Positions 1 to 12,264 of a DNA stretch of 64,000 bases are shown piece by piece (the first letter of the stretch is position 1; each line of letters begins with the position of its first letter). The position numbers and the translations under genes were made by a program. Source of the DNA: Octopus bimaculoides (taxonomy: Eukaryota); NCBI RefSeq assembly GCF_001194135.2, contig NC_069004.1:22780334-22844333 (forward strand). Reading direction: 5' to 3'. The notes beneath the pieces are model-generated. The model did not search any database, was not told the DNA's origin, and was given only the letters and a program-made list of their open reading frames with translations.

Positions 1-169
1 AAAATAGTCTTATAGAAACTTCTTTAAAAATTCCTATTTTCCAAAATTCGTTTATTCGTATTCACATATTCACTTGTGTGAGTTGAACTACGTAAAATGT
101 TGGAGAAAGAAACCAAGCTATTTCTTGCAATAAATAAATCTAAAGCAAAGTTTTTTCTTGAACCCTTAG

Positions 170-272
170 TATACTACTGTAGATCCTCATTTCACTATTT
201 TGCTTGCATGGGCCCCCAAAAATCTTATATGGACCTTCATGGGGTCATGTGGACCCAAGTTGAGAACCACTG
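170..272 (-). mobile_element. hAT-type MITE end
   Basis: Terminal gttgagaaccactg (rc CAGTGGTTCTCAAC, Charlie-like TIR); homologous copy at 21786. Confidence 0.65.
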
Positions 273-901
273 ACACACACACACATTCATACTCATACTT
301 TCACACACTGGGAATTTAGTTTTTTTAAGATGCAGACCATATTTGTTAAATAGGTGAAGTTGGGTATAGACAATGCACAAGCTAGGCTGATTGCCATTGG
401 TCAAGACAAGTCAGGTGCCCAAATATGTAGCTGACTGTAAATAACATTATTGCTAGAGAGATTGCTATGGTGCAAGGGAAGCTATCCAGTTCATACACGA
501 CATCAAAGATAGCAACTTTCCAATATTTGTTGAATCAGTTGGTTGTGGATTTGAATTGTGGTTTTCAGATACAATAAATTTTTCAACAGCTTTAATGTTA
601 CGATCAGTATATCTACCTAGAAAACATCACTTTCCAGGTTATATAAAGAAATGAAAACACACAGTTAAACACCTTTCACCGCAACTGACAGCTTGTATTC
701 CAGAAACTCTCAGCTGTATTGATTATAGCCAAGCAACAATGATAATATTCTTTATCTGCCACACATTTTGTTGCCTGTTTTGCTTTGATCAATGACAAGT
801 GACTTAGCCAATGTGTAGCTGAAACAGTCATCCAGTCACCAAATATTACCTGAACAAGTGTACATGTATACTCATTTCATTTTTATTGCTACATTTTGCA
901 G

Positions 902-1020
902 GATGGAGTTTATCATGAAGATATTGGGTATGGTGTAAGCGAAGGTATGAAATCAAAGGCTCTTAGTATTGAGAAAGCAAGGAAGGAAGCAGTCACGGAT
1001 GGTTTGAAGAGAGCTTTAAA
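902..1020 (+). CDS. RAD52: RAD52 exon (conserved Rad52/Rad22 domain): [39 protein letters not shown](K)
   Basis: Near-identical to the conserved motif DGSYHEDVGYG...[16 protein letters not shown]; acceptor ttttgcag at 894-901, donor gtgagt at 1021; 119 nt. Confidence 0.97.
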
Positions 1021-1053
1021 GTGAGTGAAAGACAAGTGGTTATAACCTAATTT

Positions 1054-1885
1054 ATTATTACCTCCACCTTAGTGAAGGCAGAGGTATTGTTTTCAGTTTG
1101 TTTGTTTCTCTATGGACAAGATATCTCAAGAACCACTGGATGGATTCAGATAAAACTTTCAGAAATGTTTGGCTTTGTGACTGGCATAAACTGATTAGAT
1201 TTTGGGATCGATCCAGTACCAGTCAAGGATTCTGGATTATTTTTCCAGTTTTTTTACTTAATTTTTTATTATTCTCATTTGTGAAGGCAGTCAAGTTTAT
1301 TACTTCTGCCTTAACGAAGGCAGAGGTATTGTTTTCAGTCACGTTTGTTTGTTTGTCTATGGACAAGATATCTCAAGAACCGCTGAATGGATTCAGATGA
1401 AACTTTCCAGGATGTTTGGCCTCATGACTGGCACAAACTGATTAGATTTTGAGATTAATACATTACCAGACAAGAATTCTGGATTATTTGTTATATCTAC
1501 TTTACATGATTATGATCTTATGTTAACTTTCAAGTCTTTCTCAATTATCTCCCTTTAAGCTGTAAGTATTTTAAATGGTGAATTTGTTAATTTTGGCTTG
1601 TATTAGATAAGGATAAACTATTTTATAACTAAAGTTTCTACAGCCATCTTCACATTCCATGACTACCATTGGGATCAATCAGGTACCAGACAAGGATTCT
1701 GGATTATTTTTCTTTTATTTTTACTTAATTTTTGAGAGTGGTCAGGTTCGTTTTTAGTATTCTCGTTTGTGAGAGCAGTTGAGTTTATTTCAGATATTCT
1801 CATTTTAAAAATCATTTCTGGCTAATCGTTGAGAGGACATTGGTGTTGCCTTGGCAAAGGTTTGCCCTCTCTGAGTTCTCTTGTT
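1054..1885 (+). mobile_element. Helentron-associated non-autonomous element (HINE/DINE-1-like) with tandem core repeats
   Basis: 5' hairpin tacctccacctt-agtg-aaggcagaggta, (gttt)n microsatellite, core unit repeated at about 1054-1290 and 1299-1490, 3' sub-TIR ccttggcaaaggtttgccctctctgagt. Confidence 0.7.
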
Positions 1886-1906
1886 ACTATTATTATCATT
1901 ATCATT

Positions 1907-2125
1907 AAGGTGGCAAACTGGCAGGATCATTAGCCTGCTGGGCAAAATGCTTAGTGATATTTCATTCGTCTTCATGTTCTGAGTTCAAAATCTGCTGAGG
2001 TTGACTTTGCCTTTCATCCTTTCGGGGTTGATAAAATTAGTACCAGTTAAACACTGAGGTTGATGTAATCAACTTAGCCCCTCCCTCGAAATTGCTGGCC
2101 CTGTGCCAAAATTTGCAGTCATTGT
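1907..2125 (+). mobile_element. tRNA-derived SINE, family B (central domain resembles Meta/MESC)
   Basis: Head ggcaaactggcag...gttctgagttcaaa; core gactttgcctttcatcctttcggggttgataaa..agtaccag; more than 10 copies in the window. Confidence 0.85.
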
Positions 2126-2475
2126 TATCATCATAGTTATTAGAGAAGGTTAGGGTATACAGGGAGATACTGCTCCTGGTAAATTTAGTGAGAGTGGCAG
2201 TAATGACCAACCTGAATGGACCTGCTTTCAGCATGATTAACACTGTTTCGAGAAGACACCACTAGCAATGAGGATAATTGGAGGGTGGGGAAGGGGTATT
2301 GGTTAAGCCTAGGAAGTTGTCTCCCCTTCTTTATATTTTTACTTCAATGCATGTTTTTGCTTTTGCTTTCTTTATTGATTTTATACAAAATCTCTTTATT
2401 CTTTAAATTTACTCATGTAATGTCTCTGTCATCTGTCATCTTTGCGAGAAATAAAGACATAATAATAATAATAAT

Positions 2476-2800
2476 TAAGGAGAGTAATTGTTATCCCAGT
2501 AGCTGTAAGGGTACTAGGAGCACTAACAACCAAATTCAAGCAATATATTGAAGAAACTGGAATTGAGATGAGGTCAGAGCAGGCCCAAAAAGCTGCTGTG
2601 TTGGGAACAGCTAAGATTTTTGAGATTGGTGCTTGGGTGTTGAGTATCTTCCATGATAGTTAACATACAAGTACCAAGTCTTATAATCTGTGGAAAGAGG
2701 ACCTGTGAGACCAACAACAACAGGTTGCTGTCCACTCTCAAAGAATCAACCAAAGTAAATAGGACCGAGAGCTCTGAGAAGTAAAATGTAACTATAATAA
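2476..2800 (+). mobile_element. R4/Dong-clade LINE 3' fragment (restriction-like endonuclease C-terminus)
   Basis: VIPVAVRVLGALTTKFKQYIEETGIEMRSEQAQKAAVLGTAKI; preceded by (TAA)n. Confidence 0.75.
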
Positions 2801-2835
2801 GGATGATGATGGTGATGATGACTACTGCTACAGCA

Positions 2836-3240
2836 AAGGTAGCAAGCTGGCAGAATCATTAGCACACCAGACAAAATCTTTCGTGGCATTTTATCTGTCG
2901 CTACATTCTGAGTTCAAATTCCGCCGAGGTCGACTTTGCCTTTCATCCTTTCAGAGTCGATAAATTAAGTACCAGTTACGCACTGGAGTCAATGTAATCG
3001 ACTTAATCCGTTTGTCTGTCCTTGTTTGTCCCCTCTATGTTTAGCCCCTTGTGGGCAATAAAGAAATATGAATCATTAGCACACCAGACAAAATCTTCCG
3101 TGGCATTTTATCTGTTGCTACATTCTCAGTTCAAATTGCACCAAGGTCAACTTTGCCTTTCATCTTTTCTGGGTTGATAAAATAAGGACCAGTCAAGCAC
3201 TGTGATTGACTATCCTCCTCTCCTGAAATTTCAGCCTTGT
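2836..3240 (+). mobile_element. Two nested or tandem family-B SINEs sharing a 57-bp duplicated head
   Basis: 2853-2909 repeated at 3070-3126. Confidence 0.85.
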
Positions 3241-3641
3241 GTCTATTGTAGAAAATATCATTATTACAATTCAGTCTTCTCTGCTTCTATTTACTACTTG
3301 GATATCTTGGTGCTTCGTTATCAATCCATCATCTTCCACGTTCATTATCTGTCCATACCAATGCAGGCTTCTCTCTGGAACATCTAATATCCTCCCATAC
3401 TCTGGTTTTCTCACAGCTCCTTACTATTTCATTGTTCCTATACATTAATGGTACAGTTCTAGCAAAACATACTTGCTTCATTTATCTCCAGACTTCCCAC
3501 ATCCTCTGTGTTCAGTGTCCATGTTTTACTGTCACATACAGTATCACACTTTGTACATGAACATGAATACAATCTACCTTTGCTCTCAAATTTATTTTCT
3601 TTTTTCTTTTGGTTTTTGTTATTTTTTCTTTTCATTCACAG

Positions 3642-3717
3642 AAGTTTCGGAAATTCCCTTGGAAATTGTTTATCAGACAAAGAATACTTAAGATGTATTA
3701 ACAAAGCAGCAAAACCT
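3642..3717 (+). CDS. RAD52: RAD52 exon: (K)SFGNSLGNCLSDKEYLRCINKAAKP
   Basis: Matches SFGNALGNC..DK.YL; long pyrimidine tract plus cag at 3639-3641, donor gtgagt at 3718; AA+A completes Lys. Confidence 0.96.
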
Positions 3718-4665
3718 GTGAGTTTTGCACCTAATTTCTGCCTCATTTCTCTGTCATTATCATAAATTATCATAATAATGCCCTGGGTTGAATGAGTCCT
3801 CAAACAAGTCCTATGATAGCATGAGTTAGCTGTAGCTGCTTCTTGTATATTTCTGAATCAAAGTTCTTCCTTTCACATCAAACAAGCAGTGATTTTGTTG
3901 CTTTTGTTGTTCAACAACTTTCACCAAGCAGATCTATTACCAAAGGAATTCTAACTGTGACTCTCATATCTTTGTACATTAGAGGCTCACTATTGCTGGT
4001 TCCGCAATAAAATGTATCCAGTACCTGGTGCAAACTTGGTGCTTTGAAGGGCATCAAACCATAGGAACCATGCCAAAACTTGGAATATATTGAATGAGAT
4101 GTGGTCCTTTGACCTATCGAGGAGGACAGTAACTCCAAATAAGAACTGACTCAGACAATGACCTAACTCATGCCATCATAGGAAATAAATTTAAACTGAT
4201 GGTGTTAAGAAACTGTTACATTCCTTTTTTAAACGTTGGGGTTTATTTCAGAGAGATTTAACTGACATGTCTAGCAGGGCAAGTGACTATATAGAGGCTT
4301 TCCTTTTGGTCTAAAGAAATATTGTTGATTATTTTAGTGATTTGGAAGGAGAAAATATGGTCTCTAATATGTGTGTACATATACATATATGTATGTGTGT
4401 ACTTTTCAAAACAAGTACTCCATCTAGTGAGAGATAAATATTGTTTAATGTACACAGTATATAGTTATGAGCTACTAATAGTTTCATACATTGGAGACAT
4501 TTCCTAGGCAGGTTTTAACAACAGGCCTTGTGTCTCTGAACAATCTGCAGGCTTTGAGCACATGGGTTATACAATTTACAAATCATATTAAAACTTGCCT
4601 AGACAACATCTCCGATGCATGAAAATATTAGTAGGGCTCATGATGGTATACCATGTTCATTGAAT

Positions 4666-4713
<48 letters not shown>

Positions 4714-4723
4714 NNNNNNNNNN

Positions 4724-5020
4724 TAGCCTTGGGCCAACCAAAGCCTTGTGAGTGGATTTGGTAGACAGAAACACTGAAAGAAGCCCGTTGTATATATATG
4801 TTTGTGTGACTGTGTTTGTCCCCACCAACATTGCTTGACAACCGATGCTGGTGTATTTATGTCCCCGTAACTTAGCGCTTCAGCAAAAGAGACTGATAGA
4901 ATAAGTACTAGGCTTACAAAGAATAAGTCCTGGGGTCGATTTACTCGACTCAAGGTGGTGCCCCAGTATAGCTGCAATCAAATGACTGAAACAAGTAAAA
5001 GAATTAAAGAAAGAATGAAT
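4724..5020 (+). mobile_element. tRNA-derived SINE, family A (octopus OR-type, internal TA/TG microsatellite), 3' part
   Basis: aaagccttgtgagtggatttggtagac...gatagaataagtactaggcttac...gactgaaacaagtaaaaga. Confidence 0.85.
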
Positions 5021-5690
5021 ATATATATATATATATATATCTAAATACAATTGAAAACAAATAGAAAGCAACAAAGTATTCAGACAGATACTGTACAAGC
5101 ATTCAGTTATAATCCAGGTCCAAGCTAACCATATCATGTAGTAAGGAGCACCTAGGATTACTTAAGGTGAGCAATGCCACTGTAATTCATCTGATGGGTA
5201 AGTCTAGGGTTCACTTTGTCTACGTACAGTTCACTTTGAACCACATCAGTGGATGGACCTCAAATAAAGTTGCATAGACTAATAATCAGTCAAAAGTAGC
5301 TGGGTGTAAATGCAATTGCTAGTTGTCTGTGCAGCAGAAACATGTGTCTGACACATTTAAATCAAATGCGTTGTACAATTGACTATAGAGATAAATATGC
5401 AAATGTGCTAATCCCACTATTCATTGTAATTATATATATATATAAATGAAATATTCAAACACTGAGATTTGAAGTTAGATGTCACTACTGTTCATATCAT
5501 TTGTGGATAAATTCAAAATATGATGATATCACCAGTAGTAGCATGGGTGGAACGCAGTTATGATAGCTTTAAGGAGCTATGAAATATAAATTTGTGTGTA
5601 TATATGCATGGATGGATGTTCATATATATTGCATATATGATACACACACACACACACATTAAAGCAATTAATTTCCTTCTTCTGTGGCAG

Positions 5691-6112
5691 CTGGCACCAG
5701 TTTATGACATTTCTGAGATGAAACAAGAGATTACAGATGCAAGAATCAACAAAGCTTGGTTGCTGAAACAACAGAAACAGCTAGAAGGGCCACGCCACAG
5801 CTTTCCACCTGGTAACATACCCACCGTGAAGAAGGAGATTCTAAATTCAGCCGATTCCGAATCTGACACTGTGATCAAGGTAGCCCAACAGCAACAACAG
5901 CAGAAAGATATCCAGACGAAGGTACCTGGTAGCAACAATGCAATGGAGACCCGAAATTGCCATTCCAAGGAATCATCTTCAGTAAAAAGTCATGAGATTT
6001 CGGCTGTTAACTCCACTGCTTCAGACATGAACAGATGCCTAGGTGATGACACTCCCAAGATGCCAGGATCAAGTAGCAGTAAGAACAAATGTAAAAGTAA
6101 AACCAAAGTTGA
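5691..6112 (+). CDS. RAD52: RAD52 exon: LAPVYDISEMKQEITDARINKA...polyQ...KTKV(E), low-complexity linker
   Basis: 422-nt open stretch within ORF 5592-6116; acceptor tctgtggcag ending 5690, donor GA|gtaagt at 6113; phase 0 in, phase 2 out. Confidence 0.88.
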
Positions 6113-6220
6113 GTAAGTGTCTAAAGTGAGGATTCCTTTTCTTTTCTTTTCTTTGAATCAGGGACAAATGTGTCTGGTTGTGTTTTTTTCTCTTGTAAAA
6201 ATATTAGCAAATATAAATGC

Positions 6221-6415
6221 AAGTCTGGCTCTGTGGTAAAAAATTTGCTTCACAACCACATAGTTCCTGGTTCAGTCCCATTGTGTAGCAGCTTGGACAA
6301 GTGTTTTCTACTACAGCCTCAGGCTGACCAAGGGTTTGTGAGTGGATTTGGTAGACAGAAACTGAAAGAACCCCATTGTATTTATATATATATAATGATA
6401 TTAGAGACAAAACTA

Positions 6416-6457
<42 letters not shown>

Positions 6458-6891
6458 NNNNNNNNNNNNNNNNNNNNNNNNNNNNNNNNNNNNNNNNNNN
6501 NNNNNNNNNNNNNNNNNNNNNNNNNNNNNNNNNNNNNNNNNNNNNNNNNNNNNNNNNNNNNNNNNNNNNNNNNNNNNNNNNNNNNNNNNNNNNNNNNNNN
6601 NNNNNNNNNNNNNNNNNNNNNNNNNNNNNNNNNNNNNNNNNNNNNNNNNNNNNNNNNNNNNNNNNNNNNNNNNNNNNNNNNNNNNNNNNNNNNNNNNNNN
6701 NNNNNNNNNNNNNNNNNNNNNNNNNNNNNNNNNNNNNNNNNNNNNNNNNNNNNNNNNNNNNNNNNNNNNNNNNNNNNNNNNNNNNNNNNNNNNNNNNNNN
6801 NNNNNNNNNNNNNNNNNNNNNNNNNNNNNNNNNNNNNNNNNNNNNNNNNNNNNNNNNNNNNNNNNNNNNNNNNNNNNNNNNNNNNNNNNNN

Positions 6892-6928
<37 letters not shown>

Positions 6929-7150
6929 CATTAGTGTTTGTCTTTGTGTCTGTATTTGTGCCCCACCAGTACTTGACAACTGGTGTTGGTGTGTTTATGA
7001 CCCTGTAACTCAGTAGTTTGGCAAAAGAGATTCATAGAATAAGTACCAGGCTTCACAAAATATATATATATATATATAAGTACTGGAGTCAATTCATTCA
7101 ACTAAAAATTCTTCAAGGTCGTGCCCTAACATGGCCACTGAAAATTAATC
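6221..7150 (+). mobile_element. SINE family A spanning an N-gap in its microsatellite
   Basis: tRNA-like head gtggtaaa...ggttcagtccc; 3' half resumes after the gap. Confidence 0.8.
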
Positions 7151-7154
7151 TTTT

Positions 7155-7390
7155 TTCATCTTTTGTTTTTTTTACTTATTGGATTGTAGCTAGTCTGGGG
7201 CACCACTTTGAAAGGTTTTTGTTGAAACAATAAACCCCAGTATTTAGTTTTTAAAGCCTACTACTTATGCTATTGTCCTCTTTTGTCAAACTGCTAAGTT
7301 ACAGGAACATTAACAAACCAATACCAGTTGTCATGTGATGGTGAGGACAAATACACACAAACACACACATACACACACACACACAAACGT
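7155..7390 (-). mobile_element. SINE family A, 3' half, inverted and tail-to-tail with the previous copy
   Basis: Reverse complement of the family-A 3' half. Confidence 0.75.
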
Positions 7391-7565
7391 ACATATATAA
7401 AGTGTAAAGGTAACAAAAACAAAACAAAGATGATGTAAAAAAAGAAGCAGTTTGTATTAGTTTACTGCTCAGGAAATGGTGTAAAAAAGGGAGAAATTGT
7501 TAACATTTCGAGTATACACTCTTCTTCCAAAAGATAAGATAGACTTATATGTATTTATATAAATA

Positions 7566-7620
7566 TACTAGCAGAGATACCTGGCGTTGCTCCGGATTAA
7601 AATGGTATAGTTTGTATATA
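7566..7620 (+). mobile_element. Helitron/Helentron-like 5' terminus
   Basis: tactagcagagatacctggcgttgctccgg resembles the TACTAG...CCCGGCGTTGC.CGG starts of rolling-circle non-autonomous elements. Confidence 0.4.
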
Positions 7621-8099
7621 TATATTACAGTTATGTTGAAAGAGGTGATACAGGAAAGGGTAGCATTGATGACAAAACATTTGTAGAGTAAATGATGGTC
7701 TAATTTGACTAAGCGACATGTAATACATCCATTTGGAGGATTCCATGCCCTAACTTATCATAGAAAATTGGGAGTTGGCGGAGGGTATGTAATTTTTTAA
7801 CCCACCAAAAAGCTGTCAGTGGATATACTCACCTTTGAGGCAGTCAGTGCTGTGTCTAACATGACCCATCGTATGGTTGACAGTCAAATGAATGGAGATG
7901 TACTGGAGATATTGTATGTAAATGGGTAAACTATTGTCTGGAGTTGCTTTACCTGATTCACACAATGGTGATAATACTATCTAATGAAATAATATCTACA
8001 TGACCTGTATAACATGCCATATTGTTAATCATTAGACTACTCCCTACTGCTGGCTTTCATTAATATTCCATCTGACTCCATATTAAGTGTAGTTTATTA

Positions 8100-8760
8100 T
8101 ATAGCACCCATCCTCCTTTAAACTCTTTAATGATAAGTGGTACTCTACTGTTACTAACACTACAATTCCATGATCTTATTATTCAATTGCCTTCGTACCC
8201 TCCTCCAACTTTCAACCAATATCCACAGAATACCCCTAAATTCTGTGTTTCTCTGCCCCACACCTTTAGCTAGTGAATCCTAAAACCAACCCTATGCCTA
8301 ATTGTTTTGTATGCTCTTATTTTTCTTTGCACTTACTTTTGCTTTATTTATTCTTTCTTTCTTTATCCTTAATTTGTATTAGGACCTCTCCTTGCTTCCC
8401 ACTGCTCTAAGCCTACTATAATAAAATATCACCTACACCCAGCACTGGCCTACCTAAGAATCAGTCTAGCAGAATTCTATCTCACCTGGATCGCCCACCT
8501 TGGATATCATATTACACACTTTCAAAAACTATATTCTTAACTTCAATGATCAACTTTGTTAGTCATTCTCCCATTTCATAGTTGGCATCGACAGACTCCA
8601 GCGACATCTCTGCTGTATTCTTGGGATATTCTTCTGTTTGTAAAATTATGTTTCATCTGATGGCTACGGTTTTTTGTAATGGAGTAATGTTCTCATTCTT
8701 CTATGAAAAAGTTACGTAAGAAACAGCTGTAATGAGCCGACAATTATCCATCGTATGTTA
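8100..8760 (+). mobile_element. Decayed Penelope-like element 3' region
   Basis: Shares atgatcttatt and cccctaaatt blocks with 30590-30660 and carries the same agaaacagctgta hammerhead-type end. Confidence 0.45.
8651..8736 (+). ncRNA. Degenerate type-I hammerhead ribozyme motif
   Basis: tttcat-CTGATGG(A9>G)-stem II tacg/cgta-GAAAC-agct-GTA-atgag; stem I ttcat/atgag pairs. Confidence 0.5.
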
Positions 8761-9393
8761 TTATTCATTTGATTATAATACACCAAGGGGATTTATGACT
8801 TGTCGGACACCTAGAGTATACCAACAACATACTATTCAAAGTAATGAATGATTTGAACCAGCCCCTAAGCACTAAATACTCATAGGGTTGGTTTTCTCTT
8901 TGTACACAACTGGAATATCCTATTTGATACTTACCAACCATAGGCCGGAACCACAGAGATTATCCAACCCTATCTAGTGCATATCTTTTCAAGTTCCTGA
9001 TTCTATCTGAATCCTTATTTTAGTATGTGTATATATACATGTGTGCGTGTACACATATATATGTATGTATGTATATATACACACACACGCAAAAGCTGTT
9101 TTCATCAACTGACTGCATCTGAAAAATGTGGTGCTGTAATTGCTTATCAAATGTGACTAGAAGTGGTTTCTCCTTAACCAGTTGAATCTAGATTAAAATG
9201 GAAAATGAGAAAGCAAAACATTTGGCATCATTCAAAAGCCATTTAATTCACATAGAGAATATAAACAGTGTAGAATACTTATGATAAAAAGATAAAGTCT
9301 CTTCTATGCACTACATAGAAAATATAATAATCTCTATGTAAATTAAGTGTTTTTTGAATGATGCCAAATATTTTGCTTTTTCATTTTATATTT

Positions 9394-9453
<60 letters not shown>

Positions 9454-10331
9454 ATATATATATATATATATATNNNNNNNNNNNNNNNNNNNNNNNNNNN
9501 NNNNNNNNNNNNNNNNNNNNNNNNNNNNNNNNNNNNNNNNNNNNNNNNNNNNNNNNNNNNNNNNNNNNNNNNNNNNNNNNNNNNNNNNNNNNNNNNNNNN
9601 NNNNNNNNNNNNNNNNNNNNNNNNNNNNNNNNNNNNNNNNNNNNNNNNNNNNNNNNNNNNNNNNNNNNNNNNNNNNNNNNNNNNNNNNNNNNNNNNNNNN
9701 NNNNNNNNNNNNNNNNNNNNNNNNNNNNNNNNNNNNNNNNNNNNNNNNNNNNNNNNNNNNNNNNNNNNNNNNNNNNNNNNNNNNNNNNNNNNNNNNNNNN
9801 NNNNNNNNNNNNNNNNNNNNNNNNNNNNNNNNNNNNNNNNNNNNNNNNNNNNNNNNNNNNNNNNNNNNNNNNNNNNNNNNNNNNNNNNNNNNNNNNNNNN
9901 NNNNNNNNNNNNNNNNNNNNNNNNNNNNNNNNNNNNNNNNNNNNNNNNNNNNNNNNNNNNNNNNNNNNNNNNNNNNNNNNNNNNNNNNNNNNNNNNNNNN
10001 NNNNNNNNNNNNNNNNNNNNNNNNNNNNNNNNNNNNNNNNNNNNNNNNNNNNNNNNNNNNNNNNNNNNNNNNNNNNNNNNNNNNNNNNNNNNNNNNNNNN
10101 NNNNNNNNNNNNNNNNNNNNNNNNNNNNNNNNNNNNNNNNNNNNNNNNNNNNNNNNNNNNNNNNNNNNNNNNNNNNNNNNNNNNCTGGCATGTGTTGGAT
10201 GGTTTGACAAGAGTAGACAAACCAGTGGGCTTCACCAGTTTCCATATCTCCTTTGGTATGGTTTTTACATCTGAAATGCCCTTCCTAATGCCAGCCACTT
10301 AACAGGGTGTACTGGGTGCTTTTTACATAGC

Positions 10332-10382
<51 letters not shown>

Positions 10383-10650
10383 CATACATATATAATCCTA
10401 AGGTCCACTTTTCCATGCTTTCATGGGTCCAATGAAATTTATGCAGTCAGATTTTAGTACATTAAAGCTTATGAGAGACCTAACTTCACATATGAGATCC
10501 AGGATGATTTTTTTAAAGCGATTTTTTAAAAACCAATATATGTCTTATATGCCATCAAATATAGTATATATCATTATCATCATCATCAGTTAGCAGAGCA
10601 TCAGTATGTGTATGCATGTGTGTGTGTGTATATATATGTGTATATATATA

Positions 10651-11410
10651 GGCGCAAGAGTGGCTGTGTGGTAAGTAGCTTGCTTACCAACCACATGGTT
10701 CTGGGTTCAGTCCCACTGCATGGCATCTTGGGCAAGTGTCTTCTACTATAGCCTCCGGCCAACCAAAGCCTTGTGAATGGATTTGGTAGACGGAAACTGA
10801 AAGAAGCCCATCATATATATGTATATATGTGTGTGTGTGTGTGCCTGTGTTTGTCCCCCTAGCATTGCTTGACAACCGATGCTGGTGTGTTTATGTCCCC
10901 GTCACTTAGCGATTTGGCAAAAGAGACCGATAGAATAAGTACTAGGCTTACAAAAGAATAAGTCCCGGGGTCGATTTGCTCGACTAAAGGCAGTGCTCCA
11001 GCATGGCTGCNNNNNNNNNNGTGTGGTAAGTAGCTTGCTTACCAACCACATGGTTCTGGGTTCAGTCCCACTGCATGGCATCTTGGGCAAGTGTCTTCTA
11101 CTATAGCCTCCGGCCAACCAAAGCCTTGTGAATGGATTTGGTAGACGGAAACTGAAAGAAGCCCATCATATATATGTATATATGTGTGTGTGTGTGTGCC
11201 TGTGTTTGTCCCCCTAGCATTGCTTGACAACCGATGCTGGTGTGTTTATGTCCCCGTCACTTAGCGATTTGGCAAAAGAGACCGATAGAATAAGTACTAG
11301 GCTTACAAAAGAATAAGTCCCGGGGTCGATTTGCTCGACTAAAGGCAGTGCTCCAGCATGGCTGCAGTCAAATGATTGAAACAAGTAAAAAGTAAAAGAG
11401 TAAAAGAGTA
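10651..11410 (+). mobile_element. Young full-length SINE family A (present twice across a 10-N gap)
   Basis: ggcgcaagagtggctgtgtgg (A box)...ggttcagtccc (B box)...gaaacaagtaaaaagtaaaagag tail. Confidence 0.9.
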
Positions 11411-12154
11411 TATATATATTGCTCCATGAAAATAAGATCAACAAAAAAAGTACTCCATCTGGTGAGAGATAAATATTGTTTAAAGAACAATGAGCTCCTA
11501 ATAGTTTGTTTTGATGAAAATGACTCAGCATTTTATAACACATCTAATGCCTTCATGCAATCTTCAGGCTTACCCCCTCCCCCGAAATTGCTAGCCTTGT
11601 ACCAAAATTTGAAACCATTATTACCTTACTTGGAAATAGGTGAGGGTTGACAGTAGGAAGGGTTCTTGGGCATTAAAAACCTTCCCCAATGAATTACATC
11701 TGACCCTTGCAAATATGGAAAATGGACATGATGATAGCGTATGTAAACACAAACAGTAGCTCTCTCCCCCCCCCCACTGGTAACACCCACAACCCCAACA
11801 TTAACAAACTAGTTGACTATTCCACATTTTGTTGTCCTCAATTTCTATGCATTTTTGTATCTAGCAATCCATCTCCAGCGGGGTTGCATTTAACTTTAGG
11901 TTATTCTTAAGAATCCTTTCATCTATATGATAAAAAAAAAAGGGTGGAGCTGGGTTTTATTCTTTTTAGTTCAGAATTTGCATGGTGTGTGTTTCAGTGT
12001 TGCTTTTGTTTGGGTACAAATTGGCTTCTTGCATCTTGTTTAGTTTATCATAAAAGCTTGTAATGTATCTATCAGAGGGGTGCTGTTGTTGTTTTTATTA
12101 TTTTTATGTGTAAATGTGTGTGTACATACATACATTTTTATACATATATGCATC

Positions 12155-12205
<51 letters not shown>

Positions 12206-12223
12206 GCATATACATGTGTGTGC

Positions 12224-12264
<41 letters not shown>

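Noticed and set aside
10651-10720. tRNA-like sequences with A and B boxes
   Set aside because: These are SINE heads continuing into SINE bodies; no complete cloverleaf, so no tRNA gene is called.
10666-11365. Apparent 345-bp tandem duplication of a SINE (10666-11010 and 11021-11365) and the twin 63-aa ORFs
   Set aside because: The copies are identical and separated by a 10-N placeholder gap, typical of unmerged overlapping contig ends.
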